A stretch of DNA of 60,383 bases, filler included, from Streblomastix strix (taxonomy: Eukaryota), in NCBI GenBank assembly GCA_008636045.1. It is 3 parts of 3 records of this genome, joined end to end, with 100 filler letters (N's around TTAATTAATTAA, not from the genome) between each part and the next. Parts side by side here need not be neighbours in the genome. Positions count along the whole stretch, not along the records: positions 40,335 to 60,383 come from SNRW01000463.1; 2 more parts are not named here. The stretch is one strand, 5' to 3'. The notes under the pieces are model-generated. The model saw only the letters and a program-made list of their open reading frames with translations, searched no databases and was not told the DNA's origin. Of this stretch, positions 44,691-59,889 are shown piece after piece. The position numbers and the translations under genes were made by a program. Each line of letters begins with the position of its first letter. The first letter of the stretch is position 1.

Positions 44691-47600
44691 GCTACCACCT
44701 AAGGATCCATATTTAACTCGTCTCCGCTCCACAATCACTTTACCCGAAATATATAAACACGTGAATCATGTTAAATAATACATTCACCATGAAATAGGTA
44801 GAAATATTGCATTTGAAAGAGACCGTGGATCTGATCCTGTTCTTGATTCAATAACCCACTTAACTAATATCTTCCTGCACAAAGATCTTTTTTAGGAATG
44901 GTTCGATATTAGAGGAGGTAAAGCCAACGAGGAAATTATTAGTGCTATTCGAGATTGCGATGGTTTTGTATTAGAGGGAAATCTATGTCCAATTGAAGGA
45001 TGCATGCATGAGCAATAACGAGAGATTATTTAGCCACTTTTTGGATATGAAGACATCATGTATTGTAAATCATCACCGAACACCGAGAAGCGATTGAGAT
45101 AGATTGTGATGCTGCATGTACTTAATCACATACTCAAATCACGATCTTTGATCACAGCAAATAATTTCAGCTTAGATGAATAAAAGAAGAAAGAATAAGG
45201 AAATATTCTTGGAAAAGTTGATAATCAGACATCTACATTATCCGTTCCTACTGAAACATCCACATTAGCAAATATATCAACTCCTCTATTTAATGCAGAC
45301 CCATATCGTGACAAAGGATTTGCGAGACCTCGTGTTCTATTCCTTTGTGCTACAAGAAACACTGCTTATGAACTTGTTGATTCATATTTTCTCCGCCTGA
45401 TTCCAAAGTACTTTAGATCAAACATTTCTCATCGAGCCAAATTCAAACGTCTCTTTGGTCCTCCTGAAGAAGAATAAGAAGATATAGACACAAGTAGAAG
45501 GGAGAAACCTGCATCATATAAACGTGCATTTAAAGGAAACAGTGATGAAGACTTTATATTTGGAATTGGACTTACAAGAAGATCGATTAAAATTATGTGC
45601 AAATATTCAGAATCAGACATTTTGTTTGCATCTCCATTGGGACTTGTGAAAGCATTCTCAAATACTGAGCATAAAAGAAACTATCACAACAATAATAAAA
45701 ATCGATAAGAAGGAAATAAAAGAGGAAAATCGAAATGGAATGATGACCAATCACGAGATTAGAGATCCTTCTAATCAAAAGTGAACATTGATGATTCACT
45801 TGACAGATATTCATTATTAAGTTCAATTGAAATATGTATAGTTGAAAATGGAAGTTAACTTACAATGCAGAATTGGATGAATGTTTAAGCGATCTTTTCT
45901 CCTATTCCACTTCCAAGTCTTCCCCAATAATTAATATCTTCATCTCCTTACATTCAATTCTTATCAAAATTACTTCCTCCTTCTTCTTCTGCATATTTTG
46001 ATTAATCTGCCCCATTTCTATCAATGATTAGTTAATTCTCTAATGTTTAGAATAATAAATCAATTATTGGATCGGCTTCTTCACTGATGAAGTTTGGAGA
46101 TGATGAGGATGAAGATGAAGAGAAATAAATTTAAGATGATAAAAATAGTAGGAATAGAAATGATGATTAAGATAATAATGATTCTGAAGAAAATGAAGAA
46201 AAAAATAAAAATAGTTAAGAAGATGAAAATGAAGACGAAAATAAAAATGAGTCATTTTCTAATTCAGAAAGTGATTCTTCAGATTTATCGAATTCTGATC
46301 AATAATCTTCTTCTTCATCACTAGTTTACAATCCATTAATTCCAGTTCCTTCTGTTTCTCCAAAGAAGATTCCTGTACTTAATTCATATCCAAGACATAA
46401 ATTATAAGAAATTGATTTCTAAAGAGTATTGGCATTTATGATTGCAGGTTATTTATGAGTAGTTTTCATTATTTATTTATTTTTGACTTATAATTTATTG
46501 AAGTTAAATGGATATAATTTGCATTTATTAATTTATTTTATTTTTAATTATAAAAATTAGGTGGAGGAAGGTTATTTCGGTAAACAATTTTAATTGGAGA
46601 AAGAGAATCAAAAGAAATGAATGATCTTTTTGGATATAGGAGACACGAATTATAAATTAACAATACTTAATAATAAAATTAATAAATTTAATCGTCTTCA
46701 AAATCGTCTTCTGAAATAATTGACTAATTTCCCACTTAAAATAATGACAATTTAATTATTGGAGAGAACTACGGATTATAAACAAGTAAATATTGTAGTA
46801 ACATAAAAGGAGGTGGAGTTATCTATCTTCCATCTGAATAAGTAATAGAAATTAAAGAAAATGAAAAGGGATAAGAAAAAGAATAAATAAAGAGATATAA
46901 AACAACATGCCCATTATAACATTGCCTTCCTCTTTCACTATAAAAAACACTTAGTCTTTCTTCTTCATCATAATCATCAAATGATGTTCAATTGCCAATT
47001 ATATTCTAAAGAACTCCAATTCATTCAATAGAATTAGCTGATGATGAAAGACTATCTTTCTTTTCCTCTCATATTTTACCACTTTTAATTTCGAATGAGA
47101 ATAAATAAGACGATGAAGAAGATAAAGTAAGTAGAAGAAGGAAAGGCAAAAGAAATACAGATTAAAAGAATAAGGAGAATAAAAGAAAGAAATAAACTAA
47201 GAAAGAAGATAATAGTGATGATGAATTATAGAAAAAGAAGAAAAGAAAACGAAGCTAATCCTAATCTTCTTCAAATGATGATCATGATGATGAAGATGAA
47301 TTTGATTAATTATCTGAATTTGACTAATTACCTCGAACTGTTATTTTCTTCTCATCATTCTTTGAATTCTACAGAGTAAGAGCTCTTCTTTAGCACAAAT
47401 TGGCACTCGTTGATGTTTGTTAATATTTTAAAATCATTTTACTTTCTATTATTTATTTTATGGTTTTTTTTTGATTTATAAATCATAATTAATTAGAAAT
47501 AACAATCATCTTCTTAGAATAATTAAAGTCTATTTTCATTTGATTCGGGACTGGAATTAGAAAATGAATAGAAGAATAAAATAAAAAATGAAAAAAGGAA

Positions 47601-48698
47601 TTAAAATCAATAAAATAATAAAAGAAACAAACAATAATAAAAATAAAATGAATAATAAAAGATTGACAATGAAAATAAGCAAGAAAATAATATATATATC
47701 GAGGTATTTTATTTCTTAATTTTATGATAATAATATATTTTTATCTCAATATATTAAATATTCTTTATTTTATCAATCTATGATATATTTTTAGGCATGT
47801 GAACATACATCAATTCCAACACTTACTAAAGGGAGAATGTTATTCTTTGAAGGAAAAGTATTAATCTACAATAAATTTTATCATCTCTTTTATATTATCT
47901 TTATTAACTAAATTATTCTATTAATAATATATTTATTATCAAAGGTTCGTCTATTACTGTATACAAGTAGATTGCATTACTATAGGAGATATAATTGGAG
48001 AAGAGTAGAGAGAGTTATCTTCTTTGGAATTCCAGATGATCCTGAATTCTTTGTGGTGTGCATTTACAATATATATTTAAATGAAAAAACGAATGAAATA
48101 GCAAAAGAAAATGATAACAATTATTATCTTTTATTTATTTACTTGATATGTTATATTAGGATATGCTTGTAATGCTTGGAGAAGGTATTGCTGATGCTAG
48201 AATGAGATGGATAAACGAATAAGAAGAAAGAAAGAAGAAAATATAGAAAAGAAAATAAAATAAAATTTAAAAAGAAAGTAAATTGAATAAAAAGAAACGA
48301 AGACGACTAATTACAGATGAATAAGAAAGTGAATCTGAATTATAAAACTCTGCAAATGAAGATAGTAATGAAAATAAAAGTAAACCTTAATCAAATTTCC
48401 CTGAACCATCTACAATCTTCTCTAATTTAGGTTCAGTTCTTGTTTTGTTTAATAATGAGGATGAAATCTAACTTGAGAGAATTGTAGGGAAAAAAGTTTT
48501 GTCGAGAATGCTACCTACTGATGAATAGAAATAGGTATATAAATTACAAATGAACTAATTAATATTTCTACGCTATATATTGATTTAATCTACTATATTT
48601 TTATCTATTTTAAACAGGGGTAAGTTGTTACAAGAATATCTTCAGAAGACTCATTTGTTTTATTTGCTGGCCTAAAGTAAGATAAGAAACTTATATGA
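44689..48698 (+). CDS. UTP25: U3 snoRNA-associated protein 25 (Utp25/DEF), multi-exon
   Basis: LHVLNHILKSR, RDKGFARPRVLFL, FKGNSDEDF, SESDILFASPLGL, LSSIE, MQNW, RQTIL, FFSSFFEFYRVR, LHYYRRY...VIFFGIPDDPEFF, LERIVG. The last exon (48618-48698) ends in TGA. Confidence 0.9.
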
Positions 48699-48802
48699 GG
48701 TTGTTAATAATATCTTATAATTTATTATTGAGTAACTAATATAATTATATTAAATATTGATTTGATATAATGAATTGATTTCAAATTAAAGTTTGGTAAA
48801 TA

Positions 48803-49143
48803 AATTTTGTAATTGATTTTTCTCGATATTCGGATATATTTGCTCAATAAAACTATATTTTTGTAATACAAACTAATAAATTAAAATAAAACTTCATCCT
48901 AACTAATATATTATTAAAGCTTTATGAAAAATGAATAAAACTCAATTTTTCAAACATTCATTAATATTTTATTTTCTCAATTTATTTTAAAAGTGTGTAA
49001 CAAAAATCAGTAACAAAAATCTTATGTATTTCATTTAAAAATAATTGAATTAATCTACCATATTTATATTTTTTTATATAATTGATTTAAACAGTATTTA
49101 CCAAAAATGTAATAGGATTATAAATAGAATTAGACAGAGGATG
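48803..49143 (+). repeat. Direct repeat copy 2 (upstream region and 5' end of the next gene)
   Basis: Diverged copy of 44281-44690. Confidence 0.85.
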
Positions 49144-52118
49144 AAATAACTTTGACTGCTTTATTACCCGAACCCAAAAATATAGTAAATATTGGGACTT
49201 TGAGCACGGAAGATTTGCTCCTAAAGTTCATTAACAGTTTTTTGGGTGATAAATACATTTTGAATTCGGAGTGGCAAAAGAAAATGTTAGTTATACATAA
49301 AGCATAAGGCGAAGCAGTTTATAACATATTTTATTTTTATTTGATGTATTGATATTTATATTTCAACAGGATGAAATCAAAGCATAACAGATGAAAGAAA
49401 ATGATTTAATTTAATTAATTGAAAAATTCGAAATTAGTTAAGAAATAATTAGAATGAAAATAATTAGATAATTAATATCTTGTTGTACACATTGTTTGAT
49501 TTATTATTATTGATTAAAAATTATTGAAATTGTGAAATTTAATTACAGAGTAATTTTCATTAATTTATCTTTCCTTACTATTAATTATTTTGTTAGATCA
49601 CGAAAAAGCAATATTCGTCTTTAAATCCAAAATTCTTGAAAAGTTCTTTAAAATTTGGGAAAAGATGAGTGAGTAAACTTAAGTATATATTTATTTTTCA
49701 TTGATTCTTCAAATTTGTTTTATTATATAATTTGAATAGACATTTTGTAAAATGCTGTGTGAAATCATTGGTTAGTAAATCGGGAAAAGTGATGATGAAA
49801 CATTTTTGAAAGAAAGCATTAATTTAATTATAGACTATACAAATGTTTATAAGCTTTTATAATTTATTATTATTCATTTATTTTATGTTATTATTAAATT
49901 TACCTAATACTATATCTAATTTACTATATTTATTATTATTGATCAGTTTCCACTATTTTCATATCGATAAGCTTGCTTTATTGGGCTCTCGTCTTTAATT
50001 GAACAACTATTGATAAGAAACGATTAGTTTAATTTTTTACCCTCCATTAAAAATTGGATTAGAAAATAATTAACAATTCCACGAATAAAAGTGAAATTAG
50101 AAATAAAATAAGAAATAATAATAAAAGAAAAAGATTAAAATGAAGAAATGAGAGAAGAAAATATTTCAAACTTAAATATTTCAGATTCTGTATTATAAAC
50201 TCTAAATAAAGAATAATAACATTAATAATATGAAATTCAATAAAAACCAGAAATTCTATTAAATGACTAATTGATATCAGATCAATAAACTGATTTGTAA
50301 TTATTATCTTAATCTTCATCACAGTATTCATAATAATTGAATACTGATTAATTATTTAAATAAGAAAATAGCAAACCACTTCAAAATTAGCAAATACAAA
50401 AATCAAAATCATAAATATTTTTAGAAATTTAATAAAATCCACTAGAATTTTTATAAAGATATAAATAAAAGAAATTAGTTTCAAATGAAGATATAATTAA
50501 AGAAGATAGAAAAAGCAAAATTTTGGGTGCACTCTAAATATTACACAAATCTTTGTAGACAGATAAGGGATTAGAATTTGTAGATGAATTTTATCCATTA
50601 ATTGCCAACTTATGTGAAGGAAATGATATAGGAGAAGGTGAATTAGAATAATTAGAAGAAAAGTAAGAAATATTGAAAGTAGAAGAATTAGATCCTGATG
50701 ATTAAGAGATTTAAGATGAAGCAGCTGTGATAACATTGAAATTCAGAAGATACTAAGAAAAATATATTAAGAAATTAGAAGTATGAATGATAAATAAATA
50801 TTCATGAATAAAATATAATCAATTTTACTATAGTAAATAATTATTAATTAATTAATTTTAATTTTTTTTTATTAATGATTAGCAAGAAATAGACAAAATT
50901 TCTGATTAAAACAAAGCTAGCAGAGAAAAAAAATAGAAAGAAGATGAAGAGAAGAAATAAGACGAAGAATAATAAATGATGGAAAAAGATAGATAAGAGA
51001 TATTGTAAAAAGAAAAAGAATAGTAAGATGGTATTGATGATAATAAATTAGATGTTGAAGAATAACAAAAAGGAGGAAGAAAAAAGAGAAAGAATAAAAA
51101 TAAGAAGAAAAAACAGATTGATGAAAAATTTGAGGAATAGATAGAAATAAATAAACAATAGGATTTATAATTAACTGAAAATTTATCTGAACAAAAATAA
51201 TAAAGTGATAAACCTGCCATTTAAGACATTTCTTTTTATTCATAATCACCTACTCAATAATAATAATAATAATAACACGAATAATAAGAGGAATAAAATG
51301 AAATTGATGAATAGAAATTAAAATTTTAAAGAGAGAATATATGCTCTATTATAAGTAATACTTTACATAATAAAATGGATGATGCAGCAAGATAAAAACT
51401 ATTTAAAAGTGGATTCTTGGATATTCTTCTATTATAAATGGTATAAAAGAAACCAGAAATGATAAGTAGAGAATAAACGCAAGCTTTATTCGACTTCACA
51501 ACTCCATCATCTGATGATTTTCGGTTGTGGTTAAGTGAAAGAATTAGATTTGAATCTTTCTTTCGACTGTTTCTCCATCCAGATTCAAAAGTTATTGGAG
51601 ATGCAGTTATTACTCTTTATAATATTCTTGTAGCTGGATCTAATAGAACACCTCAAAATTCCATTCACCCACATTTTGAGCAAATTAGAGTTATATAAGG
51701 AATAGAAAGATTATTTCAATTATTTTATGCAAATAAAAGTTAATTCACTCGAGATCGAGCTTGTTTATGCATTGCTTTATTATATAGATCTTAGAGGATA
51801 CCAAATGAACCTCTTGAATTCAATAACAGTAAAACCCACAAATACATTGATAAAGATGCATGGAAAGTACTTGAAGGAATTCAGATGTAACAATCAATTA
51901 TTTGCCATTTAAAATCATTGATTAAAGATAGGAATGATATTTGGCTTCATAATGAGGTTGTAAGAGCCCTCGTTGAACTTGGATAGAACAAATGTGTGAC
52001 TTAAATTATATCAACATTTTTATTTGTTATTTGTTTTTCATTCTTTATTATTAATACAACAGCAAATAGGGAAGAGATTTTACGAGATGGATTTAGATTC
52101 AGTCAAAATAAACTCTGA
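49107..52118 (+). CDS. Hypothetical multi-exon protein with charged coiled-coil and C-terminal ARM-like repeats
   Basis: ATG 49107 and several GT-AG introns. C-terminus reads DAVITLYNILVAGS...HPHFEQI...GIERLFQLF...DRACLCIALLY; TGA at 52116-52118. Confidence 0.7.
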
Positions 52119-53019
52119 AGAAAACAATAATCTTCTGGTGAATGAATAATAACAATAATAATGAATATTTTTAATAGCTATTTATTTAACTGATATAAAA
52201 AAATTTAATTGATCTAATAAAATTAATGAGTTAATATATCATTGTGATTACTCCATAAAAATCTTTGTTTCGTTTCGTTTTTCATTCTCAATTCATTGTC
52301 TAATTTTCTTCTACTTCCACGTGTTAGTCTTCTTCATCCTTTTATTCAAATAAATAATTATTCTAATAATTCATTGATAATGTGCCAAGAATATTAGATG
52401 GAGATTATGATCTTGATCCAGTTTGCAATTATGAGGTTAATTTAACTTTATCTTTATTTTATGTATTTGGCTAATTTAATTCTTCATCTCTTTATTCACT
52501 AATTAAATTTATTGTTTACTATTATTTATAACTAATTTCTTTATTAATTAAATATTATTTAAAATGATTATCTCTTTTCTTATCTCGTTATTCTTATAGT
52601 TTTCTCTCATTTTCCATACTATAATCTCATTTATCTTATTGGGTAAGTGGTACATGTTGCTATCTATTACGCTATTAACATCTATCTCTACTACTGTCAC
52701 ACCCTTAATTCTACGATATCATGCTTTTCTTCCCTAAACTATCTCCAACATTCAAAATATTACCCTGTTATGATCATAATTCTATTCAATATTTACAAAA
52801 ATTATTGGTTATTTGAAGGTAATGATAAAAAAATCCTATAACTGTAAAGTAAAAAGGTCTTATTCAAAAATTCAACTTTTATTCAATTAATTTTTTATTA
52901 ATACGACTAATATTAATATAGATCACTAATAGTTACAAAATTAATATAGTTATATTACATGTGACAAATAAAATTATAAAATAAACAAGATGAAATAAGA
53001 ATAAACTATTTTCTAATAT

Positions 53020-56000
53020 TCATTTCCAATCAATAATAATTTATTCTTCATCAATAACATTTTGTGATTATTCTTTTTCAGTACAAACAGACGGAATTTT
53101 CGTTAATGGAGGATCAAATTCTTTCTATGAATCTGAAATTTGAATTTATTATTGCCATAGTAATGAAGGATCAATTTATAATGAATTTGAATCGGGAAAT
53201 TGAAATGGTGACAGAGTTTGAAAACTTTAACATTGATTAAAATTTATTGGTCTATTATTAGAAAGTTATCTAATTGAACGTATGGATGAAGTTTAAGAAG
53301 ATGAAGATGAAAATGAATATATATCTGGTATAGTAATAGATGAAGTTTCACTGGAATTAAAATCTGAATTTACAAACGATGAATTTGTTTCTGGAACAGC
53401 AATATATGAGTTTTTATTGGGTTTAAAATCTGATGGTATATTATTAGAAGGTCGTTTAATTGAACGCAAAGATGAAGATGAACTAGATTGAGATAATTTG
53501 GATACATTATGTTACGATTAAATTTTAGTAATTTATTTTTTTGGATGTGAAAAATTTATATATTAAATTGAACTATTATTCATTGATTGATTAGGAGTAT
53601 TAAAATAATTAGGAGGTTAATTTTAAAAAGCATCTGAATGTGATTGACTAACTACATTAATTATAGGAAGATGTAAAGAATTTTGTGATTCTTTGTTAAT
53701 TATCTTATTAGAATTGTCATTTTAAGGCTTTTATCTTTATTCATTTTAAGGTTCATAACTATTAGTAGATTCTACAAGTTGAGGAATCATTTCAGTCTAT
53801 TTTCTACTGGTTTATTAATTAATATCTGAATAATTACCAATTTCAGTATTTTTCATATTTTTATATTTTTTCCAGCAATAACAGAGGCAGCAAATTTATA
53901 TTAATATTATCATTAATAAAATAATAGAAACTAAAGCAATAATAAGAATAATCCACCATGGTATGTGAGTTATTTTACTTTTTTCAATATCATCATCTTT
54001 TTCTATTATAACTTCTAATGAAAATGCTTAATCTTATTATCCATCAATACCTGTAAATATTCTTCTGTCGTTTGATACAAATATTCCATACTTTTTGTTT
54101 TAATAATCCATCCAAGAAATGTCTTTCATTTCAAATGAAGCAGTTTGCTAACTTTGTGGATCGTCTTCGATGTGAATAGGTTCAATTGATCCATCGTCTG
54201 GAGGATAAATAAATTCAAAAGTATAATTTTTCATAACTTTCAAATTGATATAATTATTTGAATTTAAATTAGCATTATTTAATATTAATTTTGAAGATTT
54301 GATTAAAGCATTTATATTAGGTTATTCAATTCTTTTATCATTAATTGGTGTTTATATTTCATATAAATTATTCATTTAACTTATTTATCCTAATTCTGCA
54401 AATTTCACAGTTAATTATCCTGCAATCATATTATGGCCTTCAATAATAATTTTCAATGGTTTATTTGTATTTGATAAGTTTAAAATAGCTGATATTTTTG
54501 TGATAGTTATTATTTATATCCAATAATATTAAACTGGCTTTTATTACTGTTCAATCTATTCAAATGTTATCATAATGAATGTAGTCAAATTAACTTAAAT
54601 TCCCTCAATATCTTCTAAATTTGATAATTTATCATTATAATTTCCTTTCACATATTCACCTGATGTTCCTGTTCTACACCAATCAACTATTTTAGTCATT
54701 GCAATATATAAACTTTGTCCACCTTTAACTGCAATATTTCTTAATATCTTCATTCCTTTTAAGTCCAATCTTTATGCCGATGGATCATAATCTCCATTTC
54801 CAGTAAGAAAGATTCCTCCTCCATATCCAGTTGGCGGAATAACAATAGATGTATCACTAATAGCATGACATTCTTATATCAAACCATCATTGATCTTGAA
54901 TAAGAATTGTGAAGTAAAATCAATATCAATATATATTGATCCTCCATTCCCTTTATCGCAAATACATCGATAGAATTAGCATTAATCTTCAATTAAAAGT
55001 TTACTTCCATGTCTGCTTTCCATGTAGATTGCTGATCCTCCTCGACCATTGGAGTCACCAATACTGCTGATGTTATTAAATTAACAAGCATTCAGTACTG
55101 AAGTGATTGGATTTGATCCACTATTCAATATTCGAATTGCATTACCTCCTTTGGATTCAATTTAGATATTTTAGAAGATGCAGCTTTATGCAATAAATTG
55201 TGAGTTATCATAATTAATATGAATAATTCCTTTTGCTTCTGTTGTTGGTGAAGGAGAAAGTTTGATTCCAGAGAATGTAATTGAATTAAGTTCCAATTTT
55301 GAATCAGAATCTTGAATGTAGATAATTGGAATTGTAAGTTAAGAATTATCCATTATAATATTTAGGTTATAAAATCTTAATTATAATCCTTCTAATGCTG
55401 ATATCCATCCTTGTTTTCCATTTTCTTTATTATTATCATTATTTTTCAAGATCTTTATTTCTGCATTTCCTGACATTTATGATGGTGTTCCATATAATTA
55501 TTTCATTATCTTTATTGAACTGGTATAAATAAATGATTTGCTCAATTGTAATGGATTTATCAAATCGTATCCAAATTAACTAATTCCAATATTCTTTTCA
55601 TCAACAATTGTCATTGCACTTCCTTTCTTTATTGATATTTAATCAATAGCATATTAAATAGTAAGACATGCTTCATCCCAGTTTCCACACCATTATTAAT
55701 CTGATCCATTATATTATCCTTCATTTCTATTTTAAATATGATATATAGAATATGATGGAATATTCCAATAATCTTCGAGAGATCTTTAATGAATTTAAAT
55801 TTAAGATATTGAAAGAATATAGAAAGTTGATTAGTCATATGGAATTCCTTCAAGTTCATTTTTATAAGATATTCCATCAGAGTAATTTCCTTTCACATAT
55901 TCACCTGATGTTCCTGTTCTACACCAATCAACTATTTTAGTCATTGCAATATATAAACTTTGTCCACCTTTATCTGCAATATTTCTTAATATCTTCATTC

Positions 56001-59000
56001 CTTTTAAGTCCAATCTTTATGCCGATGGATCATAATCTCCATTTCCAGTAAGAAAGATTCCTCCTCCATATCCAGTTGGCGGAATAACAATAGATGTATC
56101 ACTAATAGCATGACATTCTTATATCAAACCATCATTGATCTTGAATAAGAATTGTGAAGTAAAATCAATATCAATATATATTGATCCTCCATTCCCTTTA
56201 TCGCAAATACATCGATAGAATTAGCATTAATCTTCAATTAAAAGTTTACTTCCATGTCTGCTTTCCATGTAGATTGCTGATCCTCCTCGACCATTGGAGT
56301 CACCAATACTGCTGATGTTATTAAATTAACAAGCATTCAGTACTGAAGTGATTGGATTTGATCCACTATTCAATATTCGAATTGCATTACCTCCTTTGGA
56401 TTCAATTTAGATATTTTAGAAGATGCAGCTTTATGCAATAAATTGTGAGTTATCATAATTAATATGAATAATTCCTTTTGCTTCTGTTGTTGGTGAAGGA
56501 GAAAGTTTGATTCCAGAGAATGTAATTGAATTAAGTTCCAATTTTGAATCAGAATCTTGAATGTAGATAATTGGAATTGTAAGTTAAGAATTATCCATTA
56601 TAATATTTAGGTTATAAAATCTTAATTATAATCCTTCTAATGCTGATATCCATCCTTGTTTTCCATTTTCTTTATTATTATCATTATTTTTCAAGATCTT
56701 TATTTCTGCATTTCCTGACATTTATGATGGTGTTCCATATAATTATTTCATTATCTTTATTGAACTGGTATAAATAAATGATTTGCTCAATTGTAATGGA
56801 TTTATCAAATCGTATCCAAATTAACTAATTCCAATATTCTTTTCATCAACTTTTGTTGTCGCGCTTCCTTTCTTTATTGATATTTATTATATTGCATATT
56901 CAATTGTTTTACAAGCCGAAGTTATTTCTCCACAATTTGTATAATCTCTTCCATTTTATTATTCAAATCGTTATTAAACATGCCAGATTGAATATTATGG
57001 TAGTGGGACTCTCCAATAGTCTTCTAATGTCTTTTGATTATTCTATATATATTATTATGTCTTAGAAGTAAATTAATTAGCTTCAATTGGTAATCCTTAA
57101 AGATCATTTTCATCAGAATCTGTATCACTGTAATTTCCTTTCACATATTCTCCCAATAATCCTTATTCACACCATTATTATAATTTACTCATAATAATAT
57201 ACAAGCTTTATCCTCCTTATTAAGCGGAATTACCATAAATCTTCATTCCTTTTAAATCTATTGTCTGGAATGATGAACCATAATTACGTCTTACAGTAAT
57301 ACCGATTCCACCTCCATATCCAGTATGTGTTGGTGAAGATGAAGACATCAAGGCTTTGCAATTTAAAATTAGAGCACCACTTATCACGAATGAAGCAGTA
57401 TTACCATGTTAATATTCAAGATAAGCACATATTCCTCCTCCATTCCCAAATGCTTTACATTACATAAATTCGCATGAGTTTTCAATGATAATTGAGCCCC
57501 CTTTAATGATTAAGATAGATAATCCTCCTCCACTTTATGAATCGCATTATAAGAATTATGTACGTGATAATATAAATTGCGCATATTATTTTTATATTTC
57601 AACATTAACAGCTCCTCCAAAAGAGTCTTGAGCTTTACACGAAGCAAATTTGCAATCTTTAATATCTAATCTATTAGATGAATAATCTAAAATAGCACTT
57701 ATTGCTCCACCATCAACTTCATTTCCAATCTTTGTTATGTTCTAAAATTAGCTTTCAGTAATAATCATTGACCCAGATTCATTAAAATCAACTCTAATGA
57801 TATTCTCTTTAGAAGAAATATCTTTTAATTTCAAATTCGATATTATATGATTACCTCCTTTTTCTAAATAGATAAAACACTTCTCAATTTATGATACAGT
57901 ATCCTACATATGAAATTAACAGTCTTATAAATCAATTTCGGCTGATCGTGAATATTCATAAATTCCTGGAAGATTTTACTATAATTCAATACTCTCCATA
58001 ATAAAGTTTATTAAATAGAATCTAACTTTTCCAGTTATACAGAAAATACCAGTTGATTTAATAAGGATACTACTTAACTGAGTGCTGTCTAATGGGTAGT
58101 TTCTGAATGAACGTGGTGTAACAGTTTGTGAAATTAATATCGTATTTAGTATGGAAGTGTTGTCATATATATAAACAAAACATGAAATTTCATTGTTAAT
58201 ATTACTTTGGATTGTAGGAGCATCTAATGTTTCACAAGGACTTGATGAGGTGCATTGCCATCCATTACTTCCATTTGATTAAGTATAATATTCAACTCTA
58301 TTTATATTCCAATAATCTTCAAGGAAATTTTGTTGGGAATTAATTTAAGCTGATGAGTAAGAATTGAATGTTGATGAATTCACAGGAATTCCTTATAGTT
58401 CATTTTAATTAGATATTCCATCAAAATAATTTCCTTTCACATATTCACCTGATGTTCCTGTTCTACACCAATCAACTATTTTAGTCATTGCAATATATAA
58501 ACTTTGTCCACCTTTATCTGCAATATTTCCTAATATCTTCATCTTTTTGAAATCGAGCATCTTAGACAAAGTATTATAAGTACCAGTTCCTGTAAGAAAG
58601 ATTCCTCCTCCATATCCAGTTGGCGGAGTAACAATAGGTGTATTAGATTAAGCTTAACAATTAAACACTGATATATTGACCATCTTGAACTCAGAAGATG
58701 TACCAAAGTCTACACTAACATAAATACCTCCTCCATTACCTTTTATACATTTGCAATTCTCAGTTGTGATTTGGTTTATTTGTATGTTACCTTTCGTCTC
58801 ACTGATAAAATGAGTACCTCCTCCGCTAGATATGGATGAACAGTTGCTGAATGTTAGTTATTCAATATAGCATTGTGCTTGTAGCTTACTCAATAAATAC
58901 AGACCACCTCCAAAACTGGAACTGTAGCAATCTTCGAATTGCATCTGATTGATAATTAGTTGAGAATTTACACCACTAATCACTGTGCACATTGCTCCAC

Positions 59001-59889
59001 CAGTATTACCTGCACAATTCTTGAATTTTATTAATCCTTCAAATGAAGATATGGATCCTGCAGAAATATCAAGACTAATCGCGCCACCATTAGCTTCAGA
59101 TGTGCAATTAGTGAAAATACAATTAATAATGTTTAATGATGCTCCATTGGAAACTTAAATATTTAATGCTCCTCCATTTCCTGCAGCAAAGCAATTGGAG
59201 AATGTGCAATTATTGATTATGTATATCTCATTTGGATAGATAACGTTGATATGACGATTATTTATTCCATCATAAATTTAATTCTCCATTGTAGTAGTAA
59301 CTGCAGATACATTAAATGAACCTCTGATTATAAAACATGATAATAAAAGTAGGTGGATAATAATCTAATTATTATATCGAGTTATTCTCTTATGTCTCTG
59401 GAATTCAAATTAAGTATTGACTCCGAGAAGATAACCTGTGATAAATGATATGATTGAACAAAACATTGTAATTGTTACGGATATTTAGAAGATTCCAACC
59501 ACTTAATTAAATGTTTTGCTTTAATATGATAGTTTAGTAACGAGTGAATCCTAGTACAAAATGATGCCATTTTCATTTGACAGTGTAATGCTTTTAATTT
59601 AATTACAAAGTATTTTAATTGGAAGTAATAGTAGAGAATTGATAGGCATTATGATAAAACTACTATTCGGGGTTGAATTAATTGAGTTCAACGGTGGAAG
59701 TCTATTCTTCTGACATGATATATTAACAGTGGTTAATAATTAAGTGATATTAAACTTAATTTATTCAGAAATTCCAATTTTGTATTAATTATCATTAATC
59801 TCGTTCAATAAGCTATGTTCCGAAGAGTAATAAGTCCAAATGAAGTAAATTGTATTAACAATAGAACATACAAGTAGAAACATCATCAT
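53020..59889 (-). CDS. Large (~2,290 aa) predicted cell-surface protein with parallel beta-helix (Pmp/pectin-lyase-like) repeats, C-terminal TM helix and Ser-rich cytoplasmic tail
   Basis: Single frame under the Gln code, apparently intronless, with many FxNC/GGA(I)/GGGIY motifs. TM segment HIPWWIILIIALVSIILLMIILIQICCLCYCWKK at ~53870-53970; TGA 53020-53022. An alternative in-frame ATG lies at 59964. Confidence 0.82.
54639..56855. repeat. Near-identical intragenic duplication, period 1,245 bp (415 codons)
   Basis: ~54639-55610 and ~55884-56855 match almost base for base. More diverged partial copies lie near 57130-57480 and 58428-58640. Confidence 0.92.
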
